DNA from: Malacoraja senta
Lineage: Eukaryota
Length of the DNA: 64,000 bases
Assembly (NCBI GenBank): GCA_038087875.1
Contig: CM075990.1
Location: forward strand, 13,952,001 to 14,016,000
Direction: 5' to 3'
Below are positions 1 through 12,800 of the stretch, one piece after another (the first letter of the stretch is position 1; every line of letters begins with the position of its first letter). A model generated the notes under the pieces. That model was not told the origin of the DNA. It searched no databases and was given only the letters and a program-made list of their open reading frames with translations. A program made the translations under genes and the position numbers.

Positions 1-503
1 GTCACTCAGCGTGGAAACAAGCCCTTCATCCCAGCTTGCCCATCCTGACCTAACTGTTCCATCCAAACTAGTCCCATCTACCCACGTTTGGCCCATATCC
101 CATCTAAACCCTTCCTATCCATGTACCTGTTCAAATGTTTAAAAATTTGTTACAGTACCTGCCTCAACTACCTCCTCTGGTTTCATATGACCACATGGGT
201 TTCCACCAGGTGTTCGATTTTCTTCCCACATTCCAAAGATGTGCAGATTTGTAGGTTAATTGGCTTCTGTAAATTGTCCCTAGTGTGTAGGATAGAACTA
301 GTGAATGGGTGATTGTTGGTTGGCATGGACTCAGTTGGCCGAAGGGCCTGTTTTCATGCTGCAACTAAACAAAACAAATATACCACCGCCCTCCGTGCGA
401 AAAAAGTTGCCCCTCAGATTCCTATTCAATCTTTTCCCTCTCACCTTAAACCTGTGTCCTCTGGTTCCTGACTCCCCTGCTCCGGGTAAAAGACTCTGTG
501 CAT
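1..503 (-). mobile_element. CR1/HER1-type LINE 3' fragment interrupted by a 5'-truncated HE1-like SINE (about 181-380, + strand)
   Basis: Reverse complement of the CR1 3' end seen at 45665-46015. The SINE V-domain (ttcttcccacattccaaagatgtgcag) and its taaac tail sit inside it, and LINE sequence resumes after about 381. Confidence 0.8.
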
Positions 504-539
504 GTCTTAGTGGTTAGCGCTGATAGCATGGAGCAGTGA

Positions 540-750
540 GGAGAGTGCTGGCTCTTTTTCCCCACAGGATTTCTCTGTTCTCCTGAGAGAGCAGGTGGAG
601 GTTTAGTTTAACATTGCATGTCAGGGTGGCATCTGCGACAAGGCGGCACTTCCTCAGTACTGCATGCGTGCGCCAACCAAGTTTCTGTGTCATTGGAATG
701 GCTCAAACCTCCTGAGTGGGAGTGAGGGAGCTACCCTGTGGGCCACGTGC
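540..750 (-). mobile_element. Degraded DeuSINE (SacSINE1/AmnSINE-like); further decayed copies near 7170-7280, 11090-11320, 12650-12900, 13170-13290, 17730-18060, 24125-24166 plus 25291-25400, 29480-29800, 37650-37860, 49400-49720, 56380-56600
   Basis: Matches, from recall, the Deu-domain pattern gatgagacgttaaaccgaggcc...gatcccatggcact...gaagaagagcagg and the tail cttcaaaagtacttcattggctgtaaagc. The copies are highly diverged. Confidence 0.6.
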
Positions 751-944
751 TGGAACGAAACTCCAGCCGAGACTGATGCTCCTTGTAAGAGCCAGGATTT
801 TAGCACAAATCTAAATAAATGGGAATGATAACATCAATACTGGCAAACAGAGTGAGCAGAAGGCCATTCAAATTGGTCGAACCAAACATATCACAAAGCC
901 GGGAGCAGCAAGCACTTTATTAAACCTCTTAATATAATGGGGCA

Positions 945-1330
945 GTTGCTAAGTAACCGGCTGGCACAGGTCATTAAAGCCAGGCAGAGGGGAAAATGCA
1001 CGGTGGAGATTCAAAACGTGTGGGCAGCTACTTTTGTGCGGCACTCCATGGGCCCAGAGGTTGCCTAGTGATGGCATTGACGTCAAAAGCTGAAGTTAGT
1101 GCTGAGGTTAACACCACTGCAGCTAATGAGTGAAATCAGCTGCACTTCCTCCACGCGGAGCCGGCGGCTGCGGAAGGCGGAAGCGAGAGCCCCAGAGATG
1201 TTGCTGCTGAAATTTTCCTCCGCGGAACCCGAGAGGGAAGTCCCCACGTACGGGCAAAATTAGAAAGTAAAATTCCACTGGCAAACGGAACTTAAAACCC
1301 CTGACAGTCTCAACCTTTTATTTGCATATT
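945..1330. promoter_or_regulatory. Candidate enhancer/promoter: CpG-retaining cluster of transcription-factor motifs
   Basis: X-box-like GTTGCTAAGTAAC 945-957; CRE TGACGTCA 1078-1085; E-box CAGCTG 1137-1142; CACTTCCT 1143-1150; tandem CGGAAG 1171-1176 and 1178-1183; kB site GGGAAGTCCC 1235-1244; octamer ATTTGCAT 1320-1327. No recognisable repeat here. Confidence 0.5.
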
Positions 1331-1677
1331 AATATGAGGGGAGAGTCAGTCAATGTTTTACCTTTACTAACATTGCCATGACTTCATTGAATACTTTATC
1401 TTCCCTGTCCCTCGACTACTGGAAGAGCATAATTGCTCACAGTGGTGCTATGTTTCAACTGAGGCGTTGGCACAAGAAAAGAGAGCCTTGCATTTCTAAT
1501 GCACCTTTCAGGACACCCCTAAGCACTCGAGGATGCTTTCTCACGAAGCAGTCATTCAGCACAGAAGCATAACCTCTAGGGTAACTCGTCCCCATCGACC
1601 AACATGTCCCAACTAAGCTACTTTCATTTACCTGTGCTCGGTCCATATCCACTAAACACTCCCTTTCCATGTATCTG

Positions 1678-2078
1678 CTCTGACCTCCCTACCATCGAGG
1701 GGATCTTCCGCAGCCGCTGCCTCAAAAAGGCTGCCAGCATCATCAAGGACCCACAGCATCCTGGCCACTCACTCATCTCCCCACTGCCTTAAGGTAGAAG
1801 GTACAGGAGCCTGAAATCTGCAACATCCAGGTTCAGGAATAGCTGCTTCCCCACAGCCATCAGCCTACTAAACTCAACTCATACAAAACTCTGAACATTA
1901 ATAGCCCATTGCTCTTTATCTGTTTATTTATTTGTGTGTGTATATATTTATTCAATGGTATATGGACACACTGTTCTGTATTTATGTCTATTATATTCTG
2001 TTGTGCTGAAGCAAAGCAAGAATTTCATTGTCCTATCTGGGACACATGACAATAAACTCTCTTGAATCTTGAATCTTG
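1678..2078 (+). mobile_element. Rex1/Babar-clade LINE 3' end inserted into a minus-strand CR1 fragment (about 1575-2460)
   Basis: Encodes LPTIEGIFRSRCLKKAASIIKDPQHPGHSLISPLP*GRRYRS. Has a gacaataaa plus (CTTGAAT)n tail. ATCTG is duplicated at 1673-1677 and 2079-2083. Confidence 0.8.
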
Positions 2079-2461
2079 ATCTGTCCAAATGCCTTTTAAA
2101 TGCTGCTATAGTGCTCTGCCCCAGCAACCTTGCCTGCACCTCGTTCCATTTTCCCACCACCTTCTGTGTGGAACAGTTGCACCTCAGGTTCCTACCAAAT
2201 CTTTCCGCTCTCACTGTAAACCTATCCTCTCTAGTTCTTATTCTTCTATCCTCGGTAAAAGATTCAGTGGATTCACCCTATTGTCTCGTGATGTTATGCA
2301 CCACACCAATTACTCTCCTGTTATTCCACACTACTATATAATCATCTCTCAGCCTCCAGCGCTCTAAGGAATAAAATCTTACCCTGTCCAACCTCTCCCC
2401 ATTGCTCAAGCCCTTGAGTCCTTCTCGCCAGGACAAGGATCTGATAATCCCATGCCATCTT

Positions 2462-3000
2462 ACATAGAAACATAGTAAATAAGTGCAGGAGGAGGCCATT
2501 TGGCCCTTCGAGCCAGCACCGTCATTCAATATGAACATGTCTGATCATCCACAATCAATAACCCGTGCCTGCCTTCTCCCCATATCCCTTGATTCCGCTA
2601 GCCCCTAGAGCTCTATCTAACTCTCTTTTAAATCCATCCAGTGAATTGGCCTCTACTGCCTTCTGTGGCAGAGAATGCCACAAATTCACCACTCTCTGGG
2701 TGAAAAAGTTTTTTCTCATCTCAGTTTTAAATGGCCTCCCCTTTATTCTTAGACTGTGGCCCCTGGTTCTGGACTCCCCCAACATTGGGAACATTTTTGC
2801 TGCATCTAGCTTGTCCAGTCCTTTTATAATTTGATAAGTCCGTTTCTATAAGTTGCCCTCTCATCCTAAATTCCAGTGAATACAACCCATTGTCTTAATA
2901 GCATCTCTTCTATAGCATGGTGATCAAAAGTGAACGCAATTCTCCAAGTGTGGCCTTACTGGCGTCTTGTACAACTCTAACATAATGTCCCGGCTTCTAC
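2462..3000 (-). mobile_element. CR1 LINE 3' end
   Basis: ORF 2555-2794 (MFPMLGESRTRGHSLRIKGRPF...QRVVNLW...GYGEKAG) is homologous to the C-terminus of the 24183 ORF. Tail is (CATAGAAA)n on +. Confidence 0.9.
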
Positions 3001-4249
3001 ACTGAATTCACTGACAGACAGGAGAAACGCACCATTCATTGAGATTATCTGCCATGCATTTTCAGTATGGATGGATTTCTACTTTAACAGAAGCAGGAAA
3101 GGCTGGAAATATTCAGCAGGGTCAATGCTATGGGTCAATGACCTTTCATCAGATCTGCTTTTTAATATTGCATAGTTTCAAAAATTTTGTGTTTTTTACT
3201 GGTCTCATGTTCACATTGACCGTTGGAATTTTTTGATCTATTTTTGGACGGTTTATGAAAGCAGTTTCAGAATTTAATTAACTTCCCCAAACTAAATGAA
3301 TCTCATGTCATTCTGTTGAATGGGATTATTTCCCATCAATGGGCATGTTAAGAGTAAACCGATCCTTTAGATATTCCATCAGTTGGGTCATGGGTTCCCT
3401 CTGGAGACTTGTGCATTCTAACTCTTGGCTCCAGTGACGGTAAAAATACATTTGTGACTTCTTATCAAAGAACAAAGGAGGTCTTCAGTTATCAAAAATC
3501 TTTAGAACATCTACAAAATCAAAATATTTCAGATGCAGGAATTACTACTATTGAATACAGAATTAAATTGGGGAGGAAATCTATCCATATTGAAAATTCA
3601 TGGCAGAATTGCTGCTTTACAGCGATAGAGACCTGGGTTTAATTATGTACGGAGTTTGTACTTTATCCCTGTGACCATGTGGGTCTCCTCTGGGAGCTCT
3701 GGTTTCCTCCCACATTCCAAAGACGTGTAGGTTTGTAGGTTAGTTGGTATCTGTAAATTGTCCCTAGGGTGTAAGAGAGAACTAATGTACAGGTGATCGC
3801 TGGTCGGCGTGGACTCGAAGGCTGAAGGGCCCGTTTCCATGCTGTATCTCTAAACTAAACAAAATTAGCACAGAAATAATACAAAATACTACCGAAATAA
3901 TACAAAATACTACCGAACCGGAATTCTGAAATCTGAAAACCTGACAAAACTCATTCTGCCAGAATAATTAACTTTCTTCTCTCATCTCTCACCTGTTGAA
4001 CATTTCCAAAACACTTTGTTTCAGTTTCAGGGGAACACCTGATCATTGATGCATTGGACTTTGTAGGAACGTGTTGTGTAGAAATGTGTTGAATCTAAAG
4101 TAAAAAACTAAATTAATGATGTGAATCATGTCTCTAAAGTTTCTCTAAAGTAAAAATTAAATCCCGTAGGCCTGCATTAAATTTCTACCCCACGTACATG
4201 CACACACATACACAAACACAGACACGTACTCGCACGAAGTGGGATCATT

Positions 4250-4520
4250 TCATGTGATAGGAGCAGAAATTGGCCATTCAGCTCAAGTCTACTCCGCTAT
4301 TCAATCATGGCTGATCTATCTCTCCCTCTCAACCCATTCTCCTGCCTTCTCCCCATAACCCCTGACACCCTCACTAATCAAGAATCTTTCTATCTCTGCC
4401 TTAAAAATATCCATTGACTTGGCCTGCACAGCCTTCTGTGGCATTGAATTCCACAGATTCACCACCCCCTGACTAAAGAAATTCCTTCTCATCTTCCTAA
4501 AAGAAGGTCCTTTAATCCTG
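4250..4520 (-). mobile_element. CR1 LINE 3' fragment
   Basis: ORF 4316-4540 contains FFSQGVVNLWNSMPQKAV...GYGEKAG. Confidence 0.85.
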
Positions 4521-5127
4521 AAATATTCTGAGGCCTGCACCCTCCTTCACAGTTGCCTCCATCACCCCCTACCCCAGAACCTCCTTCGTTGCAAGCACAG
4601 TGACCCCCAGTTTCTCCACTCTAGCTATGCACACAAATCCTCAGCTTTCAGGCATTAATGTGCACTTTCGGAGCCAAGCAAAATGATGTAGATCGTCTCG
4701 ATCCATCACCATAGAAACAAGACAGATAGATGTAATGACAGGATGCCCAAAGGTTCTGCACTGCAACCTTCCAGTTAGAAGCCAAGTCAGCGCCTAATCT
4801 CAAAGCACAATGTCATATCACTAAATAACATGTGGAGTAATGGGCAGTCAGGAGGGTTACAGGACCATAATCGAATCGCCCTCTGCAGTGTATCAGTGTC
4901 ATTTGAACCTGGAATGAACTACTGCCGTCAATTCCCTGGTGCTGTCAGTGGTGCAGTAGTTATTCATTTAAGTTGCCTGTTAACGTTCTAAGTGTTCATT
5001 TTGTTGGTTAAAGGGCTGAGGGCTGCAAAAAGATTAATTTGCTCCCCCTGACACCCCCCCCCCCCTCCCATCCCCCCTCTATCTTCACACAAAGTACTGG
5101 GATGTTAACCTGCCAGAGGTGGGAGCA

Positions 5128-5425
5128 GGGTGTCACAGTAGTGCAGCTGGTAGAGCTGCTGCCTCACGACATCAGAGACCCGGGTCTGATCCTGACCTTG
5201 GCTACTATCTGTGTGGAGTTTGCACGTTCTCCCTGTGACAACATGGGTTTCGTCCATGTGTTCTGGTTTCCTCCCACATCCTAAAGACCAGTGGAGTTTA
5301 TAGGTTAATTGCTGTCCAGTGTGTAGGGAGTGGATGAGAAAATGGGCGACATGGAACTAGCATGAACGGGTGATCAATGGTTTTGTATGGACTCGGTGGG
5401 CTGAAAGGCCTGTTTCTGTGCTGTA
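5128..5425 (+). mobile_element. HE1-like tRNA-derived V-SINE, near full length. Other + copies: 3628-3862, 14400-14855, 18738-19025, 21236-21520, 31680-31995, 32968-33150, 35643-35900, 42404-42595, 55028-55258. Other - copies: 6495-6745, 15658-16345, 26330-26990, 29255-29432, 40290-40935, 46360-46635, 47120-47410, 51182-51495, 52292-53540, 60475-60780, 60900-61200
   Basis: A/B-box head (gtgcagctggtagagc...gggttcgatcc in better copies), V-domain (gtggagtttgcacgttctccc...ggtttcctcccacatcc), a 3' end shared with CR1/HER1 (gggccgaagggcctgtttcc), and a (TAAAC)n tail in most copies. Confidence 0.85.
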
Positions 5426-7919
5426 TCATTCCACCTCCACCTGTTGCGCTATGCTATTGGTTAAATGCCAGGAAGTGTCATGTGCAAAATGTAGCCAGAT
5501 CAGTGGCATGCCTGTAAACATCAGTGGCCCACCCACAGAATTATTCATTAACTGTTGGTTCTCATGATGTAGGAAGGGTTGGCAAATCCATGCTTGATGC
5601 CCTGGCCATTTGGAGTCAGTGACACGGTGAGGGTTGGTAGTTATGTGGTCATGTGCTGGCGGAAGGAAGGACAGCTTCATATCAGTGAACAGGGCAATAA
5701 CCTGACCCTGTCCACAGACTCAAAGAGCTGGAGTAACTCAGCGGGTCACACAGCACCTCTCTCCAGAGATCTCCAGAGATGCTGTCTGACCCGCTGAGTT
5801 ACTCCAGCTTTTTGTGTCTATGTTTGGTTTAAACCAGCATCTGCAGTCCAATTCCTCCACTGCCAGATCACCTGTGCTAACACCTCCTTCTGTGATTCAA
5901 CATCAAATTCTCCTTGATCATGTCCCCCAATATTATTGGCATGTTAATCACACTGGAAAGGCAAGTTGTAGATGGGCCACCTACAGGTTGCAAGTCCCGT
6001 CCTAGAATCACCGTGATTAACATGTCTTCATTTTCCTTTTATTAGACATACCATAAACAAATGTATTACCTGGACAAGCTTGATCAGTGTAAGAAAGAAC
6101 TGCAGATGCTGGTAAAATCGAAGGTAGACACAAAATGCAGGAGTAACTCAACGGGTGAGGCAGCATCTATGGAGAGAAGGAATGGGCGACGTTTCGGGTC
6201 GAGACCAAGGGTTACTCCAGCATTTTGTGTCTTCCCTCTGTTTTGCCCGCACTTCCACCTGTCTACGACTCAGCGCCTATTTGTTTTTCCCCTAGTTCTG
6301 ATGAAGAGGTCATGACTTGAAGCAATAACTCTGTTTCTCTCTCTCCACGATTGCTTTCTGACCTGCGGTGTAACTCCAATATTTTCTGTTATTATTTTTA
6401 AATACCAATCTCTGCAGTCTTTGCTATTTCAAATGCCACTTTGCTACTGTATATAGCTAACCGTGAATATCTACTCATTTGTGAAAACAGGCACATTGGC
6501 CAACGCCTTCACCTGTTCATACTAGTTCTACTTTATCCCACTTTCTCATCAAACCCCTACACAGTAGGGGCAATTTTGCAGAGGGCCAATGAACCTACAC
6601 ACTTGCATGTCTTTGCGACGTGGAAGGAAACCGGAACACCTGGAGGAAACCAACGTGGTCACAACACGTAAACTCCGCACCGACAGCATCCGAGATCGGG
6701 ATTGAACCCGGGTCTCTGGCGCTGTGAGGTAGCCGCTCTACCAGTTTGCATCTGATCAGTTGGATACTTGCTCAACGCTTTAAGCATGTGTTCGTTCCTG
6801 TCCGTCGCTATCCGTGTCGCACAGATGCAGGGCCACAATGATGTCCTCTGGGACTCTGAGATGTGACACGTCTGGCTGCAGTTGCATTGACAAGTGTGAC
6901 GTAACATGTACATATGTTAAATATCTGAGCGCACAGGGCAGTTCCACTCTTTGAACGGTCTGTACTGCCAACTTTGATGTATTAAAAACATTTCTGTTGC
7001 TCCGTCAGAATTTCAATCACACATCAAAGAAATGAAACCTGGGGAGGTGGGGAATTTCCACGAGGGGTGATCTGTGCCTGCTCTCCCTCTCTGCAGAGCC
7101 ATTTATATACACATTAGTCACAGTTGGTGTAAAATTAGATTTATCTATCTATGGTATGGTTCATAACATTCTCAACTCTGAGTCATGGGTTCAAATCTGA
7201 TAACATTTGTTTAATGATTCTTTTTTAGGTGAGATGTTAAACCAAGGCCCTGCCTACAGTCTGAATTGTGTTTCAAAATCTCAGAGAACTAATTCCTCCA
7301 CTATACTCCTTATCTGACACCCTTTAGTCTCTTTTTCATCTCCTTAGTCACTTATTCCACCCATCTGCTAATCACACTATCCACCTATCACTTGTCAGGC
7401 TTTGTTCCACCCCACCTTTCTTTTTCAGCTTTCTCTGCCCTATTATATTCTGTCTGAAGAAGAACCCTGACCCAAAATGTCATCTGTCCATTCCTGTCAC
7501 AGATGCAGCTTGACCCGATGAGTTCCTCTAGCTCAAACTACCAATAATCACCTGTGAAATACCACCGAATTAGTGTACATTTGCGTCTAATAAACAGTAG
7601 CCTAATGCGATGGTGATTGCCCTTAGTGACTTGGTTAACCATCGACCTCATTCAGAAATGTAAACATCCAAACCTATTCAGGCTTGCAGCTCAGCTCTGA
7701 ACCGCAACGAGCAGAATATTCACAAATAGACATATACTACACTGAATATTTAGTCTCAATGTTCTCTTCATGATAGTGGAGAGAGTGAGTTTCTGCCTGA
7801 GCACATTTCCGAGTGTAGAAGAGACTGCACTGAGGTCTGACTAGTGACAAAGCAAGCCTGCAGGCATTTGCAGACACAAGGAACTGTAGATGCAGGTTTA
7901 CGAAAAACACCAAATGTGT

Positions 7920-8262
7920 TGAGTTTAGTTTATTGTCGCGTGTACCGAGGTACAGTGAAAAGCTTTTGTTGCGTGCTAACCAGTCAGCGGAAAGACAATA
8001 CATGATAACAATCAAGCCATCCACAGTGTACAGATATATGATAAAGGCAATAACGTGAATAGTGTTTAGTGAAAGATAAAGCAAGTAAAGTCCGATCAAA
8101 GATAGTCCGGGGATGGTCCAATGAGGTAGATAGTAGTTCAAGACCGCTCTCTAGTTGTTGGTAGGGTTGTTCAGTTGCTTGATAACTGCTGGGAAGAAAC
8201 TGTCCTTGAATCTGGAGGTGTGTGTTTATACACATCTGTGACTTTTGCCCAATAGGAAGGGA
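7920..8262 (-). mobile_element. Rex/Babar LINE 3' end (similar tails at 27013-27365 -, 23182-23505 -, 33400-33630 +, 59550-59742 +)
   Basis: On the minus strand, accagattcaaggacagtttcttcccagcagttatcaag-type sequence (RFKDSFFP) followed by a tail ending gacaataaactaaac. Confidence 0.75.
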
Positions 8263-9607
8263 AGAGTAGCTCAGCGGATCAATCAAGAATCAAATGTTTA
8301 ATTTTCACATGTACCAAAACAGAACAATTTTGTGTTGTGTTGTAGTGCCCAAGATTATATCTTAGTTTTCCTCAGAAACTTTGGTCTAATGAGTAACACT
8401 GAAGAAGGTTGACATTAATAGATAATTAACTTTCCCATTACCTCAGTCAAGAGATGCATAAACAATTACAAACTTTACTCTTTCTCAGAGGAGAAATTCA
8501 GTATTTTCAGGTAAGTTTACCCCTGAGCTCACATTTCAATAATGAGATGCCGTTGCCAACTCAATTACAACAGTTCAGTCTGATTGCTAGCTGTTTAATG
8601 CATCTGTAAATTGACACTGATCACAGCTGCAGTACCATTTACAACAGATCTTTATAGATACTCTTTAATAATAAACTGCCCACATAAATGGGCTACAGCA
8701 GCTCTTCAATAATACCTGGGACATCAGTCTAGATCTTGGTACTCCAGCCCCTGAGCTTGGGCGTGAAGGCAACATTATTACCCCAAGGCAAGATTGCTCT
8801 AATCTCCACCAAGACTGGTTTCCAAAGGGGATGCACCCTCTTGGGCTACAGAGCACATTGGAGCTTACAGTTCTTGAATATGTCAGCCATTGCCATGATT
8901 ATAATCTCAATGCCACCTCCCTCCAGAAGATGTCTGGAAGGCTTATAGGTGCAGAAATGTTCTGAGGATGGACTCTTTGGCTCATATCTCTCAGACCTGA
9001 AATGTTAACCGTTTCTCTTTCCGCGGATGCTGCCAGACCTCCTGAGCTTTCGGATTTCTGGCATCTGCAGTTTCTTCGTCCTGTGCTGGGTGACTATAAT
9101 ATTTGGACCCTAAGGTCGCCATCCCAGTTCAGCAAAAAAACAAAAGCAACATCAACCGTAAATATTAGATATCATTAATTTTGAAGATTGTCAGAACCAT
9201 TACTACATCATGTGAACGAGACAATCCTTGGTTACCATAGCGCCCAAGAAGTAGTGGCTGGGAAGCTGCAGAGAAATGTCTTTGTAGTTTCTTTTTAAAC
9301 ATTGACTGCTTCAGGAGAGGGATTAATAATTCAGCTTGTCAGTCCCGCTACTGTTAATTTGCTAGTGACATCCATGCAAGTGATACAGCAGTAGACAGGT
9401 CAAAGCTAACAATGTTTTATGTCCATCTTACAAGTGGGTGAAATCAACCAGGAACAGAACCATACGGTGATGCAGAGTCCATTCAGCCCGTTGTGTCCAT
9501 GCTGGCTCTTTGAAAGGCCAACCACATTCCTGTCCACAGCCCTGCAGACTTTGCCCAGGGATAGCAGTGTAAAGGGAGTGCGAGCATAATAAATCTAGGC
9601 TCTATGG

Positions 9608-9890
9608 AGTGTGTAGGAAAGAACTGCAGATGCTGGTTGACACCGAAGATAGACACAAAATGCTGGAGTAACTCGGCAGGGTCTGGCAGCATCACTGGAG
9701 AAAAGGAATGGATGACATTTTGGGTCGAGACACTTCAACAGATAGTCTGAACTACTATCTACCTCTTTGGTGACTCTTTCTGGTCAAGTCACTTCTTCAG
9801 ACAGTCTGAAGAAGGGTCTCGACCCAAAACGTCACCCATTCCATGCTGCCTGTCCCGCTGAGTTACTCCGGCATTTTGTGTCTATCTAGG
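9608..9890. mobile_element. Fold-back (inverted) Penelope-like terminal fragments; similar structures at 5715-5850, 11340-11490, 17385-17705, 28900-29090, 30300-30670, 38705-38880, 48575-48780
   Basis: gaactgcagatgctgg...tgctggagtaactc is followed by its reverse complement gagttactcc...cattttgtgtcta. This is the same sequence as the 3' end of the GIY-YIG element at 36305-36760. Confidence 0.75.
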
Positions 9891-12800
9891 CTGTATGGAT
9901 TCCTGCGCAATCTGCTTCTCCTGACTCTACCTGTGTGTTATCGGTCAAAGCTGGACACAACACGTTGTCTTGAGCAAGAGTACAGAGGATCCTTGCACAA
10001 ACCAACCAAGTGCGACAGAACCAGTTGGAAGGTATCTGCCTCCATTGCTAATTGCAGTTGATGCTTTCCTAAACATGAAAGCTTCGCTTGAGGGAAAAGT
10101 CATCCTATTTTGAAATGTAGCCAGCATGTTACCATGGTGAAACCATGTGAGTAAAACTGCTACTCTAGCAAGAGTAAACAACATGCCCTGGGTTCTCATC
10201 TCTGCTCTCACTTCATCTGAAAAAGCTTGTTTCGAAGGTTAGAGATGATGAAGGAGATTCTGATGATGGAATCTTGGTCTAAAACGGGTGGCATGGTGGT
10301 CCTACTGTGAGTGCTGCTGCTTCACAGTCCTGTGGACCTGGGTTCGATCCTGAACTCACGTGTTTGGGTTACACCACGTGGAAACAGGTCCTTCACCCCA
10401 ACTTGCCCATGCCGCCCAACAAGTCCCATCTACACTAATCCAACCTGCCTGCATTGGCTCATATCCCTCCAAAACTATTCTATCCATGTACCTGTCCAAA
10501 TGCTTTTTAAACGTTGTGATAGATGTTGTCTGAGTAGTGGTCACATCTTCTCTCTGTGACCGTATTATTGATAATACATTTTCCCAAGTTACTATTTATT
10601 GATTAACCATTGTTAAATATGTACTCGCTATTTCCCAATCTATAAATCTACAGCTGATTGTAGATCAACAGTGTGAATGTTATTGTATGTTGATGACATG
10701 GTATATCTGGCCATTAGACCAAAACTGAAGAAAACTTTCTTCCACAAAGTATAAAATTTAACAGGACAGTCTAAAAGCCAGTCCTCACAGAAACTCCACT
10801 GCGATCATTACATTATTCAAAGCTTTCTAAAATTGAAATTTGCTATTCTCTTTTTGCTTCCATTCTGGCAACAGTTTAAAGCCAAACTTGAAATCTCACA
10901 GGGATGGTTCCAGTGGATATGCATTACAACTAGCAATGCCTCACTGAAATGCACCAGAATCTGTGTATGCAACTGAGTGTAAATCTAGAGACGTATTTGT
11001 GGTGTGCGTTAGACTTGTTGATGTCCTCTCCCATATTATATGTTAGGCTTTAGTAAGATGTTAATTATCTTTCAAATGTCAAAGGGAGCTAAATTGTAGC
11101 ACTCTTACCTCTAAGCCAGGTTATGGGTTCCAGACTTTCAAGACTTAAGCACAATGATCTAGGCTGCTGCCCAGCTTTTGATATGATCCTTTGGGTGAAA
11201 ATTTAAACATAGATCCACCCTTTTCTCCCACATTAACGTGAAAAATCCTGCAGCACTATTTTGAAGAAGAGAGCGCTTTCTGCCTCATGTTCTGGCCAAT
11301 ATTCAACAACATTGAATCAGATTATAGGATGGCACAAAAAGAGACACAGCTTGTTGGAGAACACATTGGATCAGTCAGCATCCCTGGAGAGAGAATTTCT
11401 ATGTTCACCAGAGATGCTCCCTGACCATTGAGTTACTCCAGCACTTTGTGTATTTTTTTGTAAACCAGCATCTACAGTTCCTCATGTCTATAGGGTGGCG
11501 CAGCTGTGTACCTCCTCCCTGTGAACCAATGGATTACCACAGGGGTTTGGGTTTTCTGTTTGTCTGATTAATTGATTATCCCTGGTGTGAATTCAAGCGA
11601 TGGAATCTGGAGAGTTAGTGGGAATGTGGGGAGAATAAGGTGGGACTCATGTAAATGAGCTCTTGATGTTTTAGCATGGACCCTTGGGGCAGAAGGCCGA
11701 TTCTGCACTGTATGACTCCAAGACTCTGTCTGATGAAGCTCACTGTTTTCAAATTAGTTTAGTTTGGCGTATGATACAGCGCGGAAACAGACTCTTTTGC
11801 CCATGGAGTCCACGCCAACCTTTGATCACCTCTTCATACTAGTTCTATGTTATCCCACTTTCCCATCCACTTCCTACACACTAGGGGCAATTTACAGAAC
11901 TCAATTAACCTACAAACCAGTATGTGTCGGAGATGTGTGAGGAGTAAGGAGGACTCCTTAAAGAAAGCGCGCACAGTCGCAGATGCAGATGGGGCCATAA
12001 ACTAAGCAATGGGGAATTTACTTCAAAGATAGTGAAAACACTGAGTCTTGCCACCATGGTGAGAGGGTGAGGTAGAGTTAAGGAAAAACTAGGTCAAGAC
12101 AGAAGAATCATATCCACAGAAAAACACAGCATAGTTACAGACCCTTCAGCCCAGCAAAAGGAATGGAAGAACATCTTGATCAGGAGATGAGTCTGAAGAA
12201 CCTGTTGCTTTTCTCCAATGATGCTGTCTGACCGGTTGAGTTAGTCCAGTTTTCTGTGTCTATCTTCAATGAAATAAATTGACTTCTGAAGGCTGCACAG
12301 AAACTGATACCATGCGTTGGATTGGAACGTTTGCACCTTGCTAAATTTTTATTTTTACCATTCTACATGAGGTAACTTAGACAACCAAAGGCACTAACAT
12401 TTAGCTGTTCCTGCATCTTTCACTGCTCCAATGATTATATGTTTCTACAGTAACTTCTGTAGCGAGTGATGGCTTGTGCTTACTGCTTTCTGGTGACATG
12501 ACAGGGTGCATTTAGGTGGCTCATATTATTTCTATTTTTGCGCAGTTATTTCCCTACTAACGCCCCTCCCGTGGTGTTGCATGTGGCGGGTCAGAGTGTG
12601 CAGTGATTGTAAGGAAATAAATGTGCTCTGTGCCACACAATGGAAATGGAAAGAAAATGTCTTGTATTTCTATAGCACCTTTCATGTCTGTAAGGTGTTT
12701 CAAAGTACTTGACAGTGTATGAAGTTCTTCTGAAGTATAGACATTGTTGTAATGTCAACAAATAATTGCCAATATGCCAACAAAAAATTCCCACAAAGAA

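Noticed and set aside
1320..1600. Octamer as the distal element of an snRNA gene or an Ig V promoter
   Set aside because: No recognisable snRNA, PSE, leader exon, V exon or RSS nearby on either strand; the downstream sequence is repeat-derived.
5128..5200. tRNA genes at SINE heads (also 18740, 40640-40703, 55030)
   Set aside because: The A/B boxes run straight into SINE bodies and no complete cloverleaf is present.
7215..7235. ttcttttttAG|GTGAGA as a recursive splice site
   Set aside because: It lies in a decayed DeuSINE (gatgagacgttaaacc motif), so it is probably a chance product of decay.
12550..12615. TACTAAC branch point with a possible 14-nt exon and GTAAGG
   Set aside because: The region just before the AG is G-rich rather than pyrimidine-rich, and the donor context is weak.
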